Origin: an uncultured Pelagibacteraceae bacterium
GTDB taxonomy: Bacteria > Pseudomonadota > Alphaproteobacteria > Pelagibacterales > Pelagibacteraceae
Reading direction: 5' to 3'
Assembly (NCBI GenBank): GCA_902559075.1
Contig: CACEGO010000004.1
Coordinates: 84-64,083 of the forward strand
DNA: 64,000 nucleotides
Shown here in pieces: positions 26,080-38,018 of this stretch (position 1 is its first letter; every line of letters starts with the position of its first letter). The position numbers were made by a program, and so were the translations under genes. The notes below the pieces were generated by a model. It did not search any database, was not told the origin of the DNA, and worked only from the letters and a program-made list of their open reading frames with translations.

Positions 26080-26544
26080 TTTTTTTACTTTTTCTTTCAG
26101 TTCTTTGTAAACATGATGTTTAAAATCAACCACTACATCAGTAATTAAATCTAAGTCAATCCACTTCCAGTCTAAAAACTCTGGATTAGATGTGTTTATA
26201 TTTATTTCATTATCATTTCCAATAAATCGCATTAAAAACCATTTTTGCTTTTGACCTTTGTACTTGCCTTTCCAAATGATACCTAATAATCTATCAGGTA
26301 AATCATAGGTTAATGTACCATCTAACTCTTTAATAAGTTCTACGCTTTTGATGCTAGTTTCTTCCTTTAGTTCTCTAAATGCAGCTTTTAAATTATCTTC
26401 TCCCTCATCAACACCACCTTGAGGCATTTGCCAAAAATTTTTGGGATTATCAATTCTTTTTGCAACGAATACTTTATTTTGGTTATTCAATAACACTATT
26501 CCGACCCCACTTCTCAGTGGCAAATCTTTAAAATTTTTATTCAT
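26071..26544 (-). CDS. rppH: RNA pyrophosphohydrolase (Nudix)
   Basis: WQMPQGGVDEGE..AAFRELKEET Nudix box, GQKQKWF. Confidence 0.93.
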   Translation of the reverse strand: MNKNFKDLPLRSGVGIVLLNNQNKVFVAKRIDNPKNFWQMPQGGVDEGEDNLKAAFRELKEETSIKSVELIKELDGTLTYDLPDRLLGIIWKGKYKGQKQKWFLMRFIGNDNEININTSNPEFLDWKWIDLDLITDVVVDFKHHVYKELKEKVKKLI

Positions 26545-26545
26545 A

Positions 26546-27685
26546 TTATCCGTTAAGTAACTTAATAGCGTAGTTTAATTGATTATCAGTATCAGTTTTT
26601 ATTCTAAAATCATCACCTTCTTCATTTACTTCTATATCTGGTCTAACACCTACTTCAGAAATAGATTTTCCAGAGGGAAGATAGTATTTTGCAACAGTTA
26701 ATCTGATAGCCCCACGATTTTTTAGAGGAATAATTGATTGGACCGAACCTTTACCAAAGCTATTTTCACCAACGATGATTGCTCTTTTGTGATCCTTTAA
26801 AGCTCCAGCAACAATTTCAGATGCAGATGCTGAACCATAGTTAATTAAAACCAATAGTGTTTTTCCATCGGTAATATCTCCTTTTTTTGCAAACCATTTT
26901 CTATTTTCAGATTTTTTTCTGCTTTTTGTCGAAACTATCTCTCCATTTTCCAGAAAAAAATCTGATATCTTTATTGCTTGAGATAAAAGACCTCCAGGAT
27001 TATTTCTTAAATCTAAAATAAATGAATTTAAGTTTTTATCTTTTTTAAGTTTTTTAATTTGCTTTTCTATTTGATCACTACTGTTGTCGTTAAATGAAGT
27101 AAGCCTGATGTATCCAATATTTTCATCTATAATTTCAGATTTTACAGATTGAACCTGAATAACTTCTCTTATGATATTAAATGTTAACGCTTTTTTTTCA
27201 CCTCTTCGTCTTACTGTTAATTCTATTCCAGAACCGACAGGTCCTCTCATTAAATCAACAGCCTCACTTAATGATTTTCCTTGAACCTGAACATCATTTA
27301 TTTTGACTATGTAATCACCAGCTTTTAATCCAGCTCTGGATGCAGGTGTATCATCTATTGGTGAAATTACTTTTACCACACCAGCCTCCATGCTAACTTC
27401 AATTCCTAATCCACCAAACTCACCACTTGTCTCAGTTTGCATTTCCTCAAAAATTTTAGGAGACATGTATGCTGAATATGGATCGAGTGATTGTAAAAGA
27501 CCATTAATCGCAGAGTCCATGCTTTCAGATTGATCTATCTCATCAACATATTCTTTATTAATTTTTTCTAAAACTTCACCGAAAAGATCAATTTTTTTAT
27601 AAATATCAATTTCGGCTGAAATAACTGTTTTATTCAAGCATAAAATAGTGAAAAAAAATAATAATAAAAATTTAAATTTTTTCAT
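26546..27685 (-). CDS. ctpA: Carboxy-terminal processing protease (S41)
   Basis: Signal peptide from the ATG at 27685 (ATGA overlap with the rsfS stop), PDZ GLG, DLRNNPGG, GSASASE, GKGSVQ. Confidence 0.93.
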   Translation of the reverse strand: MKKFKFLLLFFFTILCLNKTVISAEIDIYKKIDLFGEVLEKINKEYVDEIDQSESMDSAINGLLQSLDPYSAYMSPKIFEEMQTETSGEFGGLGIEVSMEAGVVKVISPIDDTPASRAGLKAGDYIVKINDVQVQGKSLSEAVDLMRGPVGSGIELTVRRRGEKKALTFNIIREVIQVQSVKSEIIDENIGYIRLTSFNDNSSDQIEKQIKKLKKDKNLNSFILDLRNNPGGLLSQAIKISDFFLENGEIVSTKSRKKSENRKWFAKKGDITDGKTLLVLINYGSASASEIVAGALKDHKRAIIVGENSFGKGSVQSIIPLKNRGAIRLTVAKYYLPSGKSISEVGVRPDIEVNEEGDDFRIKTDTDNQLNYAIKLLNG

Positions 27686-28032
27686 ATCATCACTTTTTCT
27701 TTTGGAATTAGCTCTGACCAAATTTTCTCTAATTCATAAAATTTTCTTTTTTCTGGGTGAAAAATATGAACAATCAAATCAATTCCATCAACAAGTTTCC
27801 ATTCTCCACTTTCTTTACCTTCAATTTTAGAATCCTTAAAACCATTATTTTTAAGTTTTTCTAAAACTTGTTCTGACAAGGATTGGATATGTCTAGATGA
27901 AGTTCCACTTGCTATAATCATGTAATCAGCCATAGAACTTTTGTCTTTAAGATCAATAGTTACAATGTCTTGTGCTTTATTGAGATCTAGTGTGTTAATT
28001 ACAATTTCTTTTAAGTCTGAAATTTTGTCCAT
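27682..28032 (-). CDS. rsfS: Ribosome silencing factor (Iojap)
   Basis: KAQDI, DYMIIASGTSSRH, W.LVD..D.IVHIF..R.FYELE.IW. Confidence 0.95.
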   Translation of the reverse strand: MDKISDLKEIVINTLDLNKAQDIVTIDLKDKSSMADYMIIASGTSSRHIQSLSEQVLEKLKNNGFKDSKIEGKESGEWKLVDGIDLIVHIFHPEKRKFYELEKIWSELIPKEKVMI

Positions 28033-28049
28033 TAATTGATTTTAGATTA

Positions 28050-28571
28050 TCAAATTTTTCTTAATTGAGAAGATGAAATGTTGACTTTATTAAACTCAAT
28101 AAACTCTAGATTGGCCTTGCTAAGTTGCTTAAATGTCTTTGATTTTAAAGAATTTTTTTTATACCCATGTCGGTCAAAAACTAAAATATTACATTTTTGT
28201 GAGATTAATTTAGATTTATACCATTTATGAAAATTAATAAGGTTGTCGGCACCCATTAAAAAATAAATTTCAATGCTTTTATCTTTTTTTAAATGATTGA
28301 TTAAATTTATAGTTTTATTTGATTGAATAAATTTTTCATAAAATTTAACCTTAATAAATGAATTTGCACCAATTATTTTTTTACAAAATTTAATTCTGTC
28401 ACCAACAGATGTCTTACTCTCTGTTTTAAATGGATTTTTTTTTGTAATTGCCCAAATAACTTTTTTGAGTTTGAATCTTTTTTTTGCTTCCTTAGAAATT
28501 GCCAAATGTCCTTTATGAGCAGGATCAAACGATCCACCTAATACACCAATTTTTGTTTTTGTGTTATTCAA
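28050..28571 (-). CDS. nadD: Nicotinate-nucleotide adenylyltransferase
   Basis: GGSFDPAHKGH, MGADN, ISSSQLR. Confidence 0.92.
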   Translation of the reverse strand: MNNTKTKIGVLGGSFDPAHKGHLAISKEAKKRFKLKKVIWAITKKNPFKTESKTSVGDRIKFCKKIIGANSFIKVKFYEKFIQSNKTINLINHLKKDKSIEIYFLMGADNLINFHKWYKSKLISQKCNILVFDRHGYKKNSLKSKTFKQLSKANLEFIEFNKVNISSSQLRKI

Positions 28572-28572
28572 T

Positions 28573-29823
28573 TTAATTTCTTATTTTACCATTACTAGTG
28601 ATTTCATATTTATATGAAATCAATTGATTTAAACCTACAGGACCTCTTGGTGGTAGTGTATTAGTAGAAATTCCAACTTCTCCACCAAATCCAAATTCAC
28701 CGCCATCAGCAAATTGAGTTGAGGTATTGTGCATTGCAATTGAGCTTTTAACATTTTTTAAGAAATATTTTGCTGTTTTTTTATTTTTTGTAATGATGGA
28801 GTCAGTGTGCATAGTACCATATTTATTAATATGCTTAATTGCCTCTTCAGAATTTTTAACAATTTTAACAGATACAATTGATGCCAAATATTCAGTTGAC
28901 CAATCTTTTTCTTTTGCAGGATATACTTGACCTTTGTAATAACTCTTCAAAATCTTATCACCAAATATTTTACAACCATTATTTTCAAGTGCCTGCAAAA
29001 TAGGATTACTAAATTTTTTGACTATATTTTTGTGAATAAGAATAGTTTCGGTCGCACCACAAATACTTGTATTTCTTAATTTAGCATTATAGACAACTTC
29101 TTTAGCCATTTTTAACTCTGCATCTTTATCTATATAAGTATGACAAAGTCCCTCTAAGTGCCCAATTATAGGTATTTTGGATAATTCTAAAACTTTTTTA
29201 ACTAAATTTTTTCCACCACGAGGTATGATGACATCGATATATTTTTTCATTTTAGAAAGCATTATATCTACGATTTTTCTTTGTTTTGAATCGATAAATT
29301 GAATAAAGTTTTCATCAACCTTATTTTTTTTAAGTGCTTTTCTAAACAACTTAGCTAGAGCTTTATTTGAATTTATGGCCTCAGAGCCTCCTTTCAAAAT
29401 CACTACATTTCCAGATTTAAAACAAAGACTAGCAACATCTGAAGTTACATTTGGTCTACTTTCATAAATAACACCAATAACTCCAATTGGTATTGATACT
29501 CTTTTTATGTTCAAACCATTTGGTCTTTTCCATTTGTCTAAAGTGTTGTCTATAGGATCCCTTAATTTAGCTATTTTTAAAATAGAATTTATAATTCCAT
29601 TCAATTTATTTCCATTTAAATGAAGTCTTTTGATTAAGTTCTCTTTTAATCCTCTTTTTCTTGCGTAATTAATATCTTTTGAATTTTGATTAATAATAAA
29701 TTTTTTTTCATTCTTAATTAATTTCGCGTAATCATTTAAGACCTTATTTTTTACTTTAGTTGTAACTTTATACTGACTAGCTTTGCGAGCTTTTCTTCCA
29801 ATTAAATTCATATATTTAATCAT
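28573..29823 (-). CDS. proA: Glutamate-5-semialdehyde dehydrogenase
   Basis: IYESRPNV, IPRGG, ICGATET, FADGGEFGFGGEVGIST. Confidence 0.96.
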   Translation of the reverse strand: MIKYMNLIGRKARKASQYKVTTKVKNKVLNDYAKLIKNEKKFIINQNSKDINYARKRGLKENLIKRLHLNGNKLNGIINSILKIAKLRDPIDNTLDKWKRPNGLNIKRVSIPIGVIGVIYESRPNVTSDVASLCFKSGNVVILKGGSEAINSNKALAKLFRKALKKNKVDENFIQFIDSKQRKIVDIMLSKMKKYIDVIIPRGGKNLVKKVLELSKIPIIGHLEGLCHTYIDKDAELKMAKEVVYNAKLRNTSICGATETILIHKNIVKKFSNPILQALENNGCKIFGDKILKSYYKGQVYPAKEKDWSTEYLASIVSVKIVKNSEEAIKHINKYGTMHTDSIITKNKKTAKYFLKNVKSSIAMHNTSTQFADGGEFGFGGEVGISTNTLPPRGPVGLNQLISYKYEITSNGKIRN

Positions 29824-31918
<2,095 letters not shown>

Positions 31919-31934
31919 TTAATTGGTTGTACTA

Positions 31935-32189
31935 TTAATTGGGCTTTACAGAAACGAAAGTTCTGTCTGATTTAGATTTTTTGAAAACAACTTTCCCTTT
32001 AACGACTGAAAATATTGAATGATCTTTACCCATACCAACATTTTCACCTGGAAAAATCTTAGTTCCTCTTTGTCTAACAATTATGTTTCCAGGAATTACT
32101 GTTTCACCACCATACTTTTTTACACCAAGTCTTCTACCAGCACTATCTCGTCCGTTTCGTGATGATCCACCTGCTTTTTTTGTTGCCAT
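31935..32189 (-). CDS. rpmA: 50S ribosomal protein L27
   Basis: [24 protein letters not shown]. Confidence 0.99.
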   Translation of the reverse strand: MATKKAGGSSRNGRDSAGRRLGVKKYGGETVIPGNIIVRQRGTKIFPGENVGMGKDHSIFSVVKGKVVFKKSKSDRTFVSVKPN

Positions 32190-32203
32190 AATTTACCTAA
32201 TAA

Positions 32204-32602
32204 CTATTTGCTTACTGCTTCCTTAACTTCTTCTTTTTTTGAAGTTTTAGAAATTTTTTCAGCTTCTGATAGCACTTTACCATCTTTTGAAAAAATTTTG
32301 TTAATTCTTATCATAGAATATTGTTGTCTATGCCCATTTTTTCTTCTTGAATTTTGTCTTCTTCTTTTTTTAAAAATTAAAATAGTTCTATTTTTGCTAT
32401 TTTTAATTAAATCAGCCTCTACTTTTGCGCCCTCAACATTTGGAGTTCCAATTTCAATTGATTTATCATCACCGTATGCCAAGATTTCATTAAACTCTAT
32501 TTTAGTCTCAGGTTTAGAGTCTGGTAATTTTTCAATCTTTAGAATTTCTCCAGATTTTACTTTATATTGTTTTCCACCTGTTTTTATTACTGCGTATGAC
32601 AT
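32204..32602 (-). CDS. rplU: 50S ribosomal protein L21
   Basis: YAVIKTGGKQYKV, FKKRRRQNSRRKNGHRQ. Confidence 0.98.
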   Translation of the reverse strand: MSYAVIKTGGKQYKVKSGEILKIEKLPDSKPETKIEFNEILAYGDDKSIEIGTPNVEGAKVEADLIKNSKNRTILIFKKRRRQNSRRKNGHRQQYSMIRINKIFSKDGKVLSEAEKISKTSKKEEVKEAVSK

Positions 32603-32628
32603 AGTATGATTTAATTTAAAGTTACCGC

Positions 32629-32656
32629 AATATAGTTGTAGCTAGCCTTTAGTCAA
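32629..32656 (-). promoter_or_regulatory. Putative sigma70 promoter for rplU-rpmA
   Basis: Minus strand (C)TTGACT-16 nt-TATATT. Confidence 0.55.
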
Positions 32657-32666
32657 GCCGAATTAA

Positions 32667-33386
32667 TTAGAAATTATCCTTAAAATCTCTTAATTTTGAA
32701 AAGGTTTTAACATCTTTTGCTCTTAAAAATATATTACACTCCAATTCCTCTTTTAAAGTTGAGGGTATCGTAGGAATTCCATTTTCTCTTAATTTTTCTA
32801 TTTTTTCTATTTTTTTTTGTAAATCTTTGTTTTCGGAATCATATTTTTTGCAAAATTTTGCATTGTTAAAAGTGTATTCATGACCACAATAAATTTTTGT
32901 GTCTTTTGGTAATAATTTAATTTTGTTTAAAGACTCAAACATTTCCTCATAAGAACCTTCAAATATTCTTCCACAACCAAGTGAGAAAAGTGTATCTCCA
33001 GTAAAAACTATTTTTTCTTTAAAAAAATTAAAACAAATATGGCCTGAAGTATGTCCAGGTATGTGCATAATTTTAGCTTCAAAGTTTTCAGCTTTCCATA
33101 TTTGATTGTCTTCTAACAATATGTCCATTCCAGGTATTCTTTTTGAGTCTCCTTTAAAACCCACAACAATTGACTCATATTTTTTTTTTAATTCTTGATT
33201 TCCTCCGATATGATCATAATGATGATGAGTATTAAGAATATATTTTAATTTTATATTTTTATTTTTTAGGAAATTTATTATTGGTTCAGACTCACTGGGA
33301 TCTACAACACATGCAAAATTGTTACTTTCGTCTATTATTAAATAGCTATAGTTGTCTTGAAGACATGGTATAATTTCAATACGCAT
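32667..33386 (-). CDS. gloB: Hydroxyacylglutathione hydrolase (glyoxalase II)
   Basis: DNYSY, THHHYDHIGG, PGHTSGH, TGDTLFSLGCGR, CGHEYT. Confidence 0.95.
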   Translation of the reverse strand: MRIEIIPCLQDNYSYLIIDESNNFACVVDPSESEPIINFLKNKNIKLKYILNTHHHYDHIGGNQELKKKYESIVVGFKGDSKRIPGMDILLEDNQIWKAENFEAKIMHIPGHTSGHICFNFFKEKIVFTGDTLFSLGCGRIFEGSYEEMFESLNKIKLLPKDTKIYCGHEYTFNNAKFCKKYDSENKDLQKKIEKIEKLRENGIPTIPSTLKEELECNIFLRAKDVKTFSKLRDFKDNF

Positions 33387-33387
33387 T

Positions 33388-33984
33388 TTATTTTTCTATC
33401 AAAAATATACCTAGATCTGCAAACAAATTTTTAACCCCTAAATTACTCTCATTTATTACTGATGAATTAAGATTGTTTAAAGCGAGTGATTTAAAAATTT
33501 TAATATCTTTTGATTTTACAAAGTGAAAAAAATCTTTGATTGTACACATATGTAAATTTGGTGTGTTATACCATTCATCTGGTAATGTTTTTGTAACTGG
33601 CATTGTGCCTTTTAATAATAAATGAAATCTTACTTTCCAGTATCCAAAATTAGGAATTGTAACTATTGCTTTTTTTCCAACTCTTAAAAGTTCATCTAAA
33701 ACTAATTCAGGATTAAGAAAAGCTTGTAGGGTTTGACTTAAAACAACATAATCAAATGATTTGTCTGGAAATTGCTTTAAATCTTTTTCAGCATTTCCTT
33801 CAATTACAGTTAAACCTTTTGCAATACATTCTTGTACTTTTTCTTTTGAAATCTCTAATCCTCTTATATTTATGTTTTTATTATCCTTTAAAAATCTCAT
33901 TAAAGTTCCATCAGCACAACCTACATCTAAGACTTTCTTATCTTTTTCAATTAAATCTGCTATTACCTGAAATTCATTTTTCAT
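33388..33984 (-). CDS. metW: Methionine biosynthesis protein MetW
   Basis: LDVGCADG, LSQTLQA, PNFGYW, WYNTPNLH; follows metX. Confidence 0.93.
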   Translation of the reverse strand: MKNEFQVIADLIEKDKKVLDVGCADGTLMRFLKDNKNINIRGLEISKEKVQECIAKGLTVIEGNAEKDLKQFPDKSFDYVVLSQTLQAFLNPELVLDELLRVGKKAIVTIPNFGYWKVRFHLLLKGTMPVTKTLPDEWYNTPNLHMCTIKDFFHFVKSKDIKIFKSLALNNLNSSVINESNLGVKNLFADLGIFLIEK

Positions 33985-33986
33985 AA

Positions 33987-35102
33987 TTAATTTTCTTCGT
34001 AAGATTTATCTAAAAAGTTTTTAAATGCACTTAAGAAATCAGGAACGTCTAGTAAAAAAGAGTCGTGACCTTTATCTGACTCAATTTCTACAAATCCAAC
34101 ATCAGCTCCTATTGAGTTTAACGCAATCACAATATCTTTGTTTTCTTGGGTTGGATAAAGCCAATCTGAAGTAAATGAAATTATAAAAAATTTCGCTTTT
34201 GTATTTATAAATGCTTGTGAAAGATTACCATTAAATTTCTTAGCTAAATCAAAATAATCCATAGCTCTAGTAATATAAAGATAACTATTTGCATCAAATC
34301 TATCTACGAAAACTGAGCCCTGATATCTTAAATAACTCTCTATTTGAAAATCAGCGTCAAATCCAAATTTAAGATCTTCTCTTTCTTGTAACTTTCTTCC
34401 AAATTTTTCTTGCAAACCTTTTTTAGATAAATAAGTAATATGAGCTGCCATTCTAGCTACCGCCAATCCTTTTCCAGGATTAGTTTCGTTTGATGTATAA
34501 TTTCCATCCTTCCAGTTACTATCAGCTGTAATAGCTTGTCTACCTAGTTCGTTAAAAGCAATATTTTGAGCTGAATGACTAGATGTGGTTGCTATCGGTA
34601 TCACTGTTTTAGATTTATCAGGAAAGTTGCTAATAAACTGAAGGACTTGCATACCTCCCATTGAACCACCAGTTATAGAAAATAGTTTATCAATACCAAA
34701 ATGATCAAGTAAATTACATTGAGCATTCACCATATCATTAATTGTAATAACTGGAAAATTTGTTCCAAAAATTTTTTGATCAGGATCTTTATGACTTGGT
34801 CCGTATGATCCCATACATCCACCAATTACGTTAGAGCAAATAACAAAATATTTATTCGTATCGATAGCCTTATCAGGACCTACTGCATAACTCCACCAAC
34901 CCTCTTTGTTGGTAATAGGGTTTATTCCAGTTACAAATTGATCTCCTGTTAGAGCATGAAAAACTAATATTGCATTATCTTTTTTTGAATTAAGTGAACC
35001 GTAAGTTTCATAGGCTATAGGAAAATCTTTTATGGTCTTTCCACAGTCTAATTTTAGTGGTTTCTTTACAATTAAAGTTTTTATGTTTTTCTCAGTATTC
35101 AT
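33987..35102 (-). CDS. metX: Homoserine O-acetyltransferase
   Basis: HALTGD, GGSMGG, ARMAAHITY, GHDSFL. Confidence 0.95.
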   Translation of the reverse strand: MNTEKNIKTLIVKKPLKLDCGKTIKDFPIAYETYGSLNSKKDNAILVFHALTGDQFVTGINPITNKEGWWSYAVGPDKAIDTNKYFVICSNVIGGCMGSYGPSHKDPDQKIFGTNFPVITINDMVNAQCNLLDHFGIDKLFSITGGSMGGMQVLQFISNFPDKSKTVIPIATTSSHSAQNIAFNELGRQAITADSNWKDGNYTSNETNPGKGLAVARMAAHITYLSKKGLQEKFGRKLQEREDLKFGFDADFQIESYLRYQGSVFVDRFDANSYLYITRAMDYFDLAKKFNGNLSQAFINTKAKFFIISFTSDWLYPTQENKDIVIALNSIGADVGFVEIESDKGHDSFLLDVPDFLSAFKNFLDKSYEEN

Positions 35103-35134
35103 AGTTTTTGACTGTTTCGAATTGTGAGAAAAAA

Positions 35135-35186
35135 AACTATTTTAGCGGTTTTTTTTAAGCGCTCGCAATTCAGTTAAATCAGCGCA
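35135..35186 (-). ncRNA. SAM-II riboswitch aptamer in the metX leader
   Basis: Minus strand GCGCU GAUUUAACUGAAUUGCG AGCGC ... GCUAAAAUAGUU: P1 GCGCU/AGCGC, GAUUU loop, UUGC and GCUAAA pseudoknot elements of SAM-II; upstream of metX. Confidence 0.9.
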
Positions 35187-35191
35187 TAATT

Positions 35192-35220
35192 TTTTTACTA
35201 GAACTTATTTATTATGTCAA
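35192..35220 (-). promoter_or_regulatory. Sigma70 promoter of the riboswitch-metXW transcript
   Basis: TTGACA-17 nt-TAAAAA; predicted start about 35186, at the 5' end of the aptamer. Confidence 0.6.
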
Positions 35221-35293
35221 TTTTTTAAAAAATCCTCTTATTCTCTATAAAATTTTGTAATTTTATCTATAAAGAGCACATAAATTAAAAAAA

Positions 35294-36379
35294 ATGATAA
35301 CTCCAAATTTCAAAAAATTTAAAATTGAGGCTTATAAGCCTGGTAAATCAAAAGTTAAGAAACTTAAGAACGTAATTAAGCTTTCTGCAAATGAGTCTGC
35401 TTTAGGTATGAGCCCTAAAGCAAAGAAAATAATATCAAATAAAAATCTGAATTTAGATAAATATCCAGATGGAAAATCTCAAAATTTAAGAAAATCAATA
35501 TCTAAAGCTTATAAATGTAATTCTGAGAAAATTATTTGTGGAGCTGGTTCAGATGAAGTTATTCAAATGCTCTGTCAGTTGTTTTTGAACCCAAAAGATG
35601 AAGTTGTGCTACCAGAGTACAGTTTTTTAATGTACAGAATTTACTCAAAAATTGTAGGTGCAAAAGTTGTATTTGCAAAAGAAATTAATTTTAAAGTTTC
35701 AGTAAATGAAATTATAAAAAAAATAACAAAAAAAACTAAAATTGTGTTTATAGCTAACCCAAACAATCCTACAGGAACTTACTTAACGAAAAAAGAAGTT
35801 TTAGAATTAAGAAAAAGATTAAATAAAAAAATTTTACTAGTTATAGATGATGCCTATGCAGAATATATGAAAAACAAAGATTACTCATCTGGGTTAGATT
35901 TGTTTAAAAATAAAGACAATGTTTTCATCCTTAGAACTTTTTCAAAAATATTTGGATTAGCTTCTCTGAGAGTAGGTTGGGGATATGGGTCAAAAAAAAT
36001 AGTTGATGCGCTAAATGTTATAAAACCACCATTTAATGTAAATGGTATTGCTCAATTAGCTGCCACCGAGTCACTGAAGGATAAAGCTTTTATGAATAAA
36101 TCGATTAGACATAACTTATTATATTCTGAAAAAATTAAGAAATTTCTTGAGACATATAATATTTTTTCAAATTCAGTTTCAGCAAATTTTTTGTTACTTA
36201 ATTTTGAAAAATGCAGATATTCAGCAAAATTTTTATATGAAAAACTTAAAAATAAGGGAATTATTTTAAGATCAACAGAAGATGGTTATCATATAAAGAA
36301 TAAATTAAGGTTAACTATTGGATCTAAAAAAGAAAACTTAAAATTTATGAGTGTTATTAAGCAAGTATTGAAAAAATGA
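35294..36379 (+). CDS. hisC: Histidinol-phosphate aminotransferase
   Basis: KLSANE, GAGSDE, ANPNNPTG, DDAY, RTFSKIFGLASLRVG. Confidence 0.95.
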   Translation: MITPNFKKFKIEAYKPGKSKVKKLKNVIKLSANESALGMSPKAKKIISNKNLNLDKYPDGKSQNLRKSISKAYKCNSEKIICGAGSDEVIQMLCQLFLNPKDEVVLPEYSFLMYRIYSKIVGAKVVFAKEINFKVSVNEIIKKITKKTKIVFIANPNNPTGTYLTKKEVLELRKRLNKKILLVIDDAYAEYMKNKDYSSGLDLFKNKDNVFILRTFSKIFGLASLRVGWGYGSKKIVDALNVIKPPFNVNGIAQLAATESLKDKAFMNKSIRHNLLYSEKIKKFLETYNIFSNSVSANFLLLNFEKCRYSAKFLYEKLKNKGIILRSTEDGYHIKNKLRLTIGSKKENLKFMSVIKQVLKK

Positions 36380-37272
36380 AAAATATTTTAATTATTGGCT
36401 GTGGATTATTAGGTTCATCTTTAGTAAAGCGTATTAGCAAAAAAAAAATAGCAAAAAAAATATTTATTTACGAAAAATCAAAATCAAATATTGCTAAGAT
36501 AAAAAAATTAAAATTACCTGGAACAATTGTTAAATCATTAAAAGAAGGTACAATTAATTCTGATTTAATTATTTTTTGTACACCAATGAGTGAATACAAA
36601 AATATTATTTTAAAAATTAATAAATTTATTCCATCGAAAACATTGATTACAGATATTGGTTCTTCAAAAATTGAAACTTCCAAAATTATAAATAAATTTT
36701 TAAAGAAAGGTATTCATTGGATTCAAAGTCACCCGATAGCTGGATCAGAGGTCAGTGGACCAGAGCATGGTAAAGAAAATATGTTTACTGATAGATGGTG
36801 CATAATAATAAAAGAAAAAAATATTAAAAAAAATAATATAAATATTCTAATTAAGTTTTGGAAAAAAATTGGAGCAAAAGTAGTTGTTATGAGCGCTGAA
36901 AAACATGACAAAATTTTTTCTATTACTAGTCATTTACCACACTTAATTGCATATAATCTGGTGAAATCTGCACAAGATTTTGAGAAAAAACAAAATTATG
37001 AGCTAATCAAATATAGTGCTGGTGGATTACGAGATTTTTCTAGGATTGCAGCATCAAATGAAATCATGTGGAGAGATATTTTTTTTAACAATAAAAATAA
37101 TATTTCAAAAGCGATTGATTTGTTTATTAAAAATTTAAATCAATTTAAAAAAGATATTAATTCAAAAAATAATAAGTCTATCGTAAAGAAACTTATTCAG
37201 ACTAAAAAAGTAAGGTCAAAAATCATCAAACTGAAACAAGATATAGACAAGCCTGACTTTGGAAGAAATTAA
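36376..37272 (+). CDS. tyrC: Prephenate/cyclohexadienyl dehydrogenase (TyrA family)
   Basis: IGCGLLGSS, TDIGSSK, HPIAGSE, HD...SHLPH, GLRDFSRIA; hisC-tyrC synteny. Confidence 0.88.
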   Translation: MKNILIIGCGLLGSSLVKRISKKKIAKKIFIYEKSKSNIAKIKKLKLPGTIVKSLKEGTINSDLIIFCTPMSEYKNIILKINKFIPSKTLITDIGSSKIETSKIINKFLKKGIHWIQSHPIAGSEVSGPEHGKENMFTDRWCIIIKEKNIKKNNINILIKFWKKIGAKVVVMSAEKHDKIFSITSHLPHLIAYNLVKSAQDFEKKQNYELIKYSAGGLRDFSRIAASNEIMWRDIFFNNKNNISKAIDLFIKNLNQFKKDINSKNNKSIVKKLIQTKKVRSKIIKLKQDIDKPDFGRN

Positions 37273-38018
37273 TATTTTATTCTAGATACTTTTTTTACCT
37301 TTAGCTTGGTAGTTTTTTCAATTCTATTAATTGTTTCTATAATTGGCATAATAATTACTTTTCTTTCTGGACCATAAGCATGAATTAGTTGTTTAGAATT
37401 TAAACACATAGCAACATGACCTTTCCAAAAAATAATATCTCCTTTTTTAAATAGTCTTTTCTTTGAATTCTTTTTTGTATATTTGATCTGATCTTTTGTA
37501 TCTCTTGGATAAAACGAATTATTATAACAATAAAATACTTGCAGTAGGGCTGAACAATCAATACCTTTAAATGTTTTTCCACCCCAAACATATTTTACAT
37601 TTAAAAATTTTTTAAATATTTTTGTAAAATTATTTTCTTTATGGTTTATTTTTTTAATATCTGCTTTTTTAATCCATTTATTTTTTTCAATTTTTACGTA
37701 ATTTTTATTTTGCTCAAATACAGACAATTTGGATGCAAGTGGAAGCCAACTGCTAGTTCCAATTCCAGGTTTTTTATAAATCTTTGTTTTTAGTGAACTG
37801 ACTTTATAATTGGGGCTAAATTTTTCTATATATTTTGAATTTTTTATAAACCCCTTATAATTATCAAATAAAGTTTTAATTTTTATCCAATTTTTGTTTT
37901 TTGCTAATATTTTGAATTTTTCACCATATAAAATTTGCGAAGTTACCTCAGATCTTTTCGAAGGATTTTTATAAATATTCGAAAAATTACCTATGAAATA
38001 AAAATTATTTTGCACCAA
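37269..38018 (-). CDS. SH3-NlpC/P60 cell-wall peptidase
   Basis: YVWGG...IDCSAL (Cys), WKGHV (His), LIHA; N-terminal SH3-like SQILYGE; start is TTG 38018 or GTG 38015. Confidence 0.85.
   Translation of the reverse strand: MVQNNFYFIGNFSNIYKNPSKRSEVTSQILYGEKFKILAKNKNWIKIKTLFDNYKGFIKNSKYIEKFSPNYKVSSLKTKIYKKPGIGTSSWLPLASKLSVFEQNKNYVKIEKNKWIKKADIKKINHKENNFTKIFKKFLNVKYVWGGKTFKGIDCSALLQVFYCYNNSFYPRDTKDQIKYTKKNSKKRLFKKGDIIFWKGHVAMCLNSKQLIHAYGPERKVIIMPIIETINRIEKTTKLKVKKVSRIKY

Noticed and set aside
35263-35272. TTATCTATAA, resembling the alphaproteobacterial BioR operator, upstream of hisC
   Set aside because: Wrong context (hisC rather than bioY), no matching site found upstream of bioY, and such a 10-mer is expected by chance at this AT content.
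35294-38018. Extremely Lys/Asn/Ile-rich, very low-GC genes (hisC, tyrC, NlpC/P60; also priA, amgK) as a possible horizontally acquired island
   Set aside because: They are core genes in typical alphaproteobacterial synteny with no integrase, tRNA or flanking repeats; the composition fits AT drift in less constrained genes.
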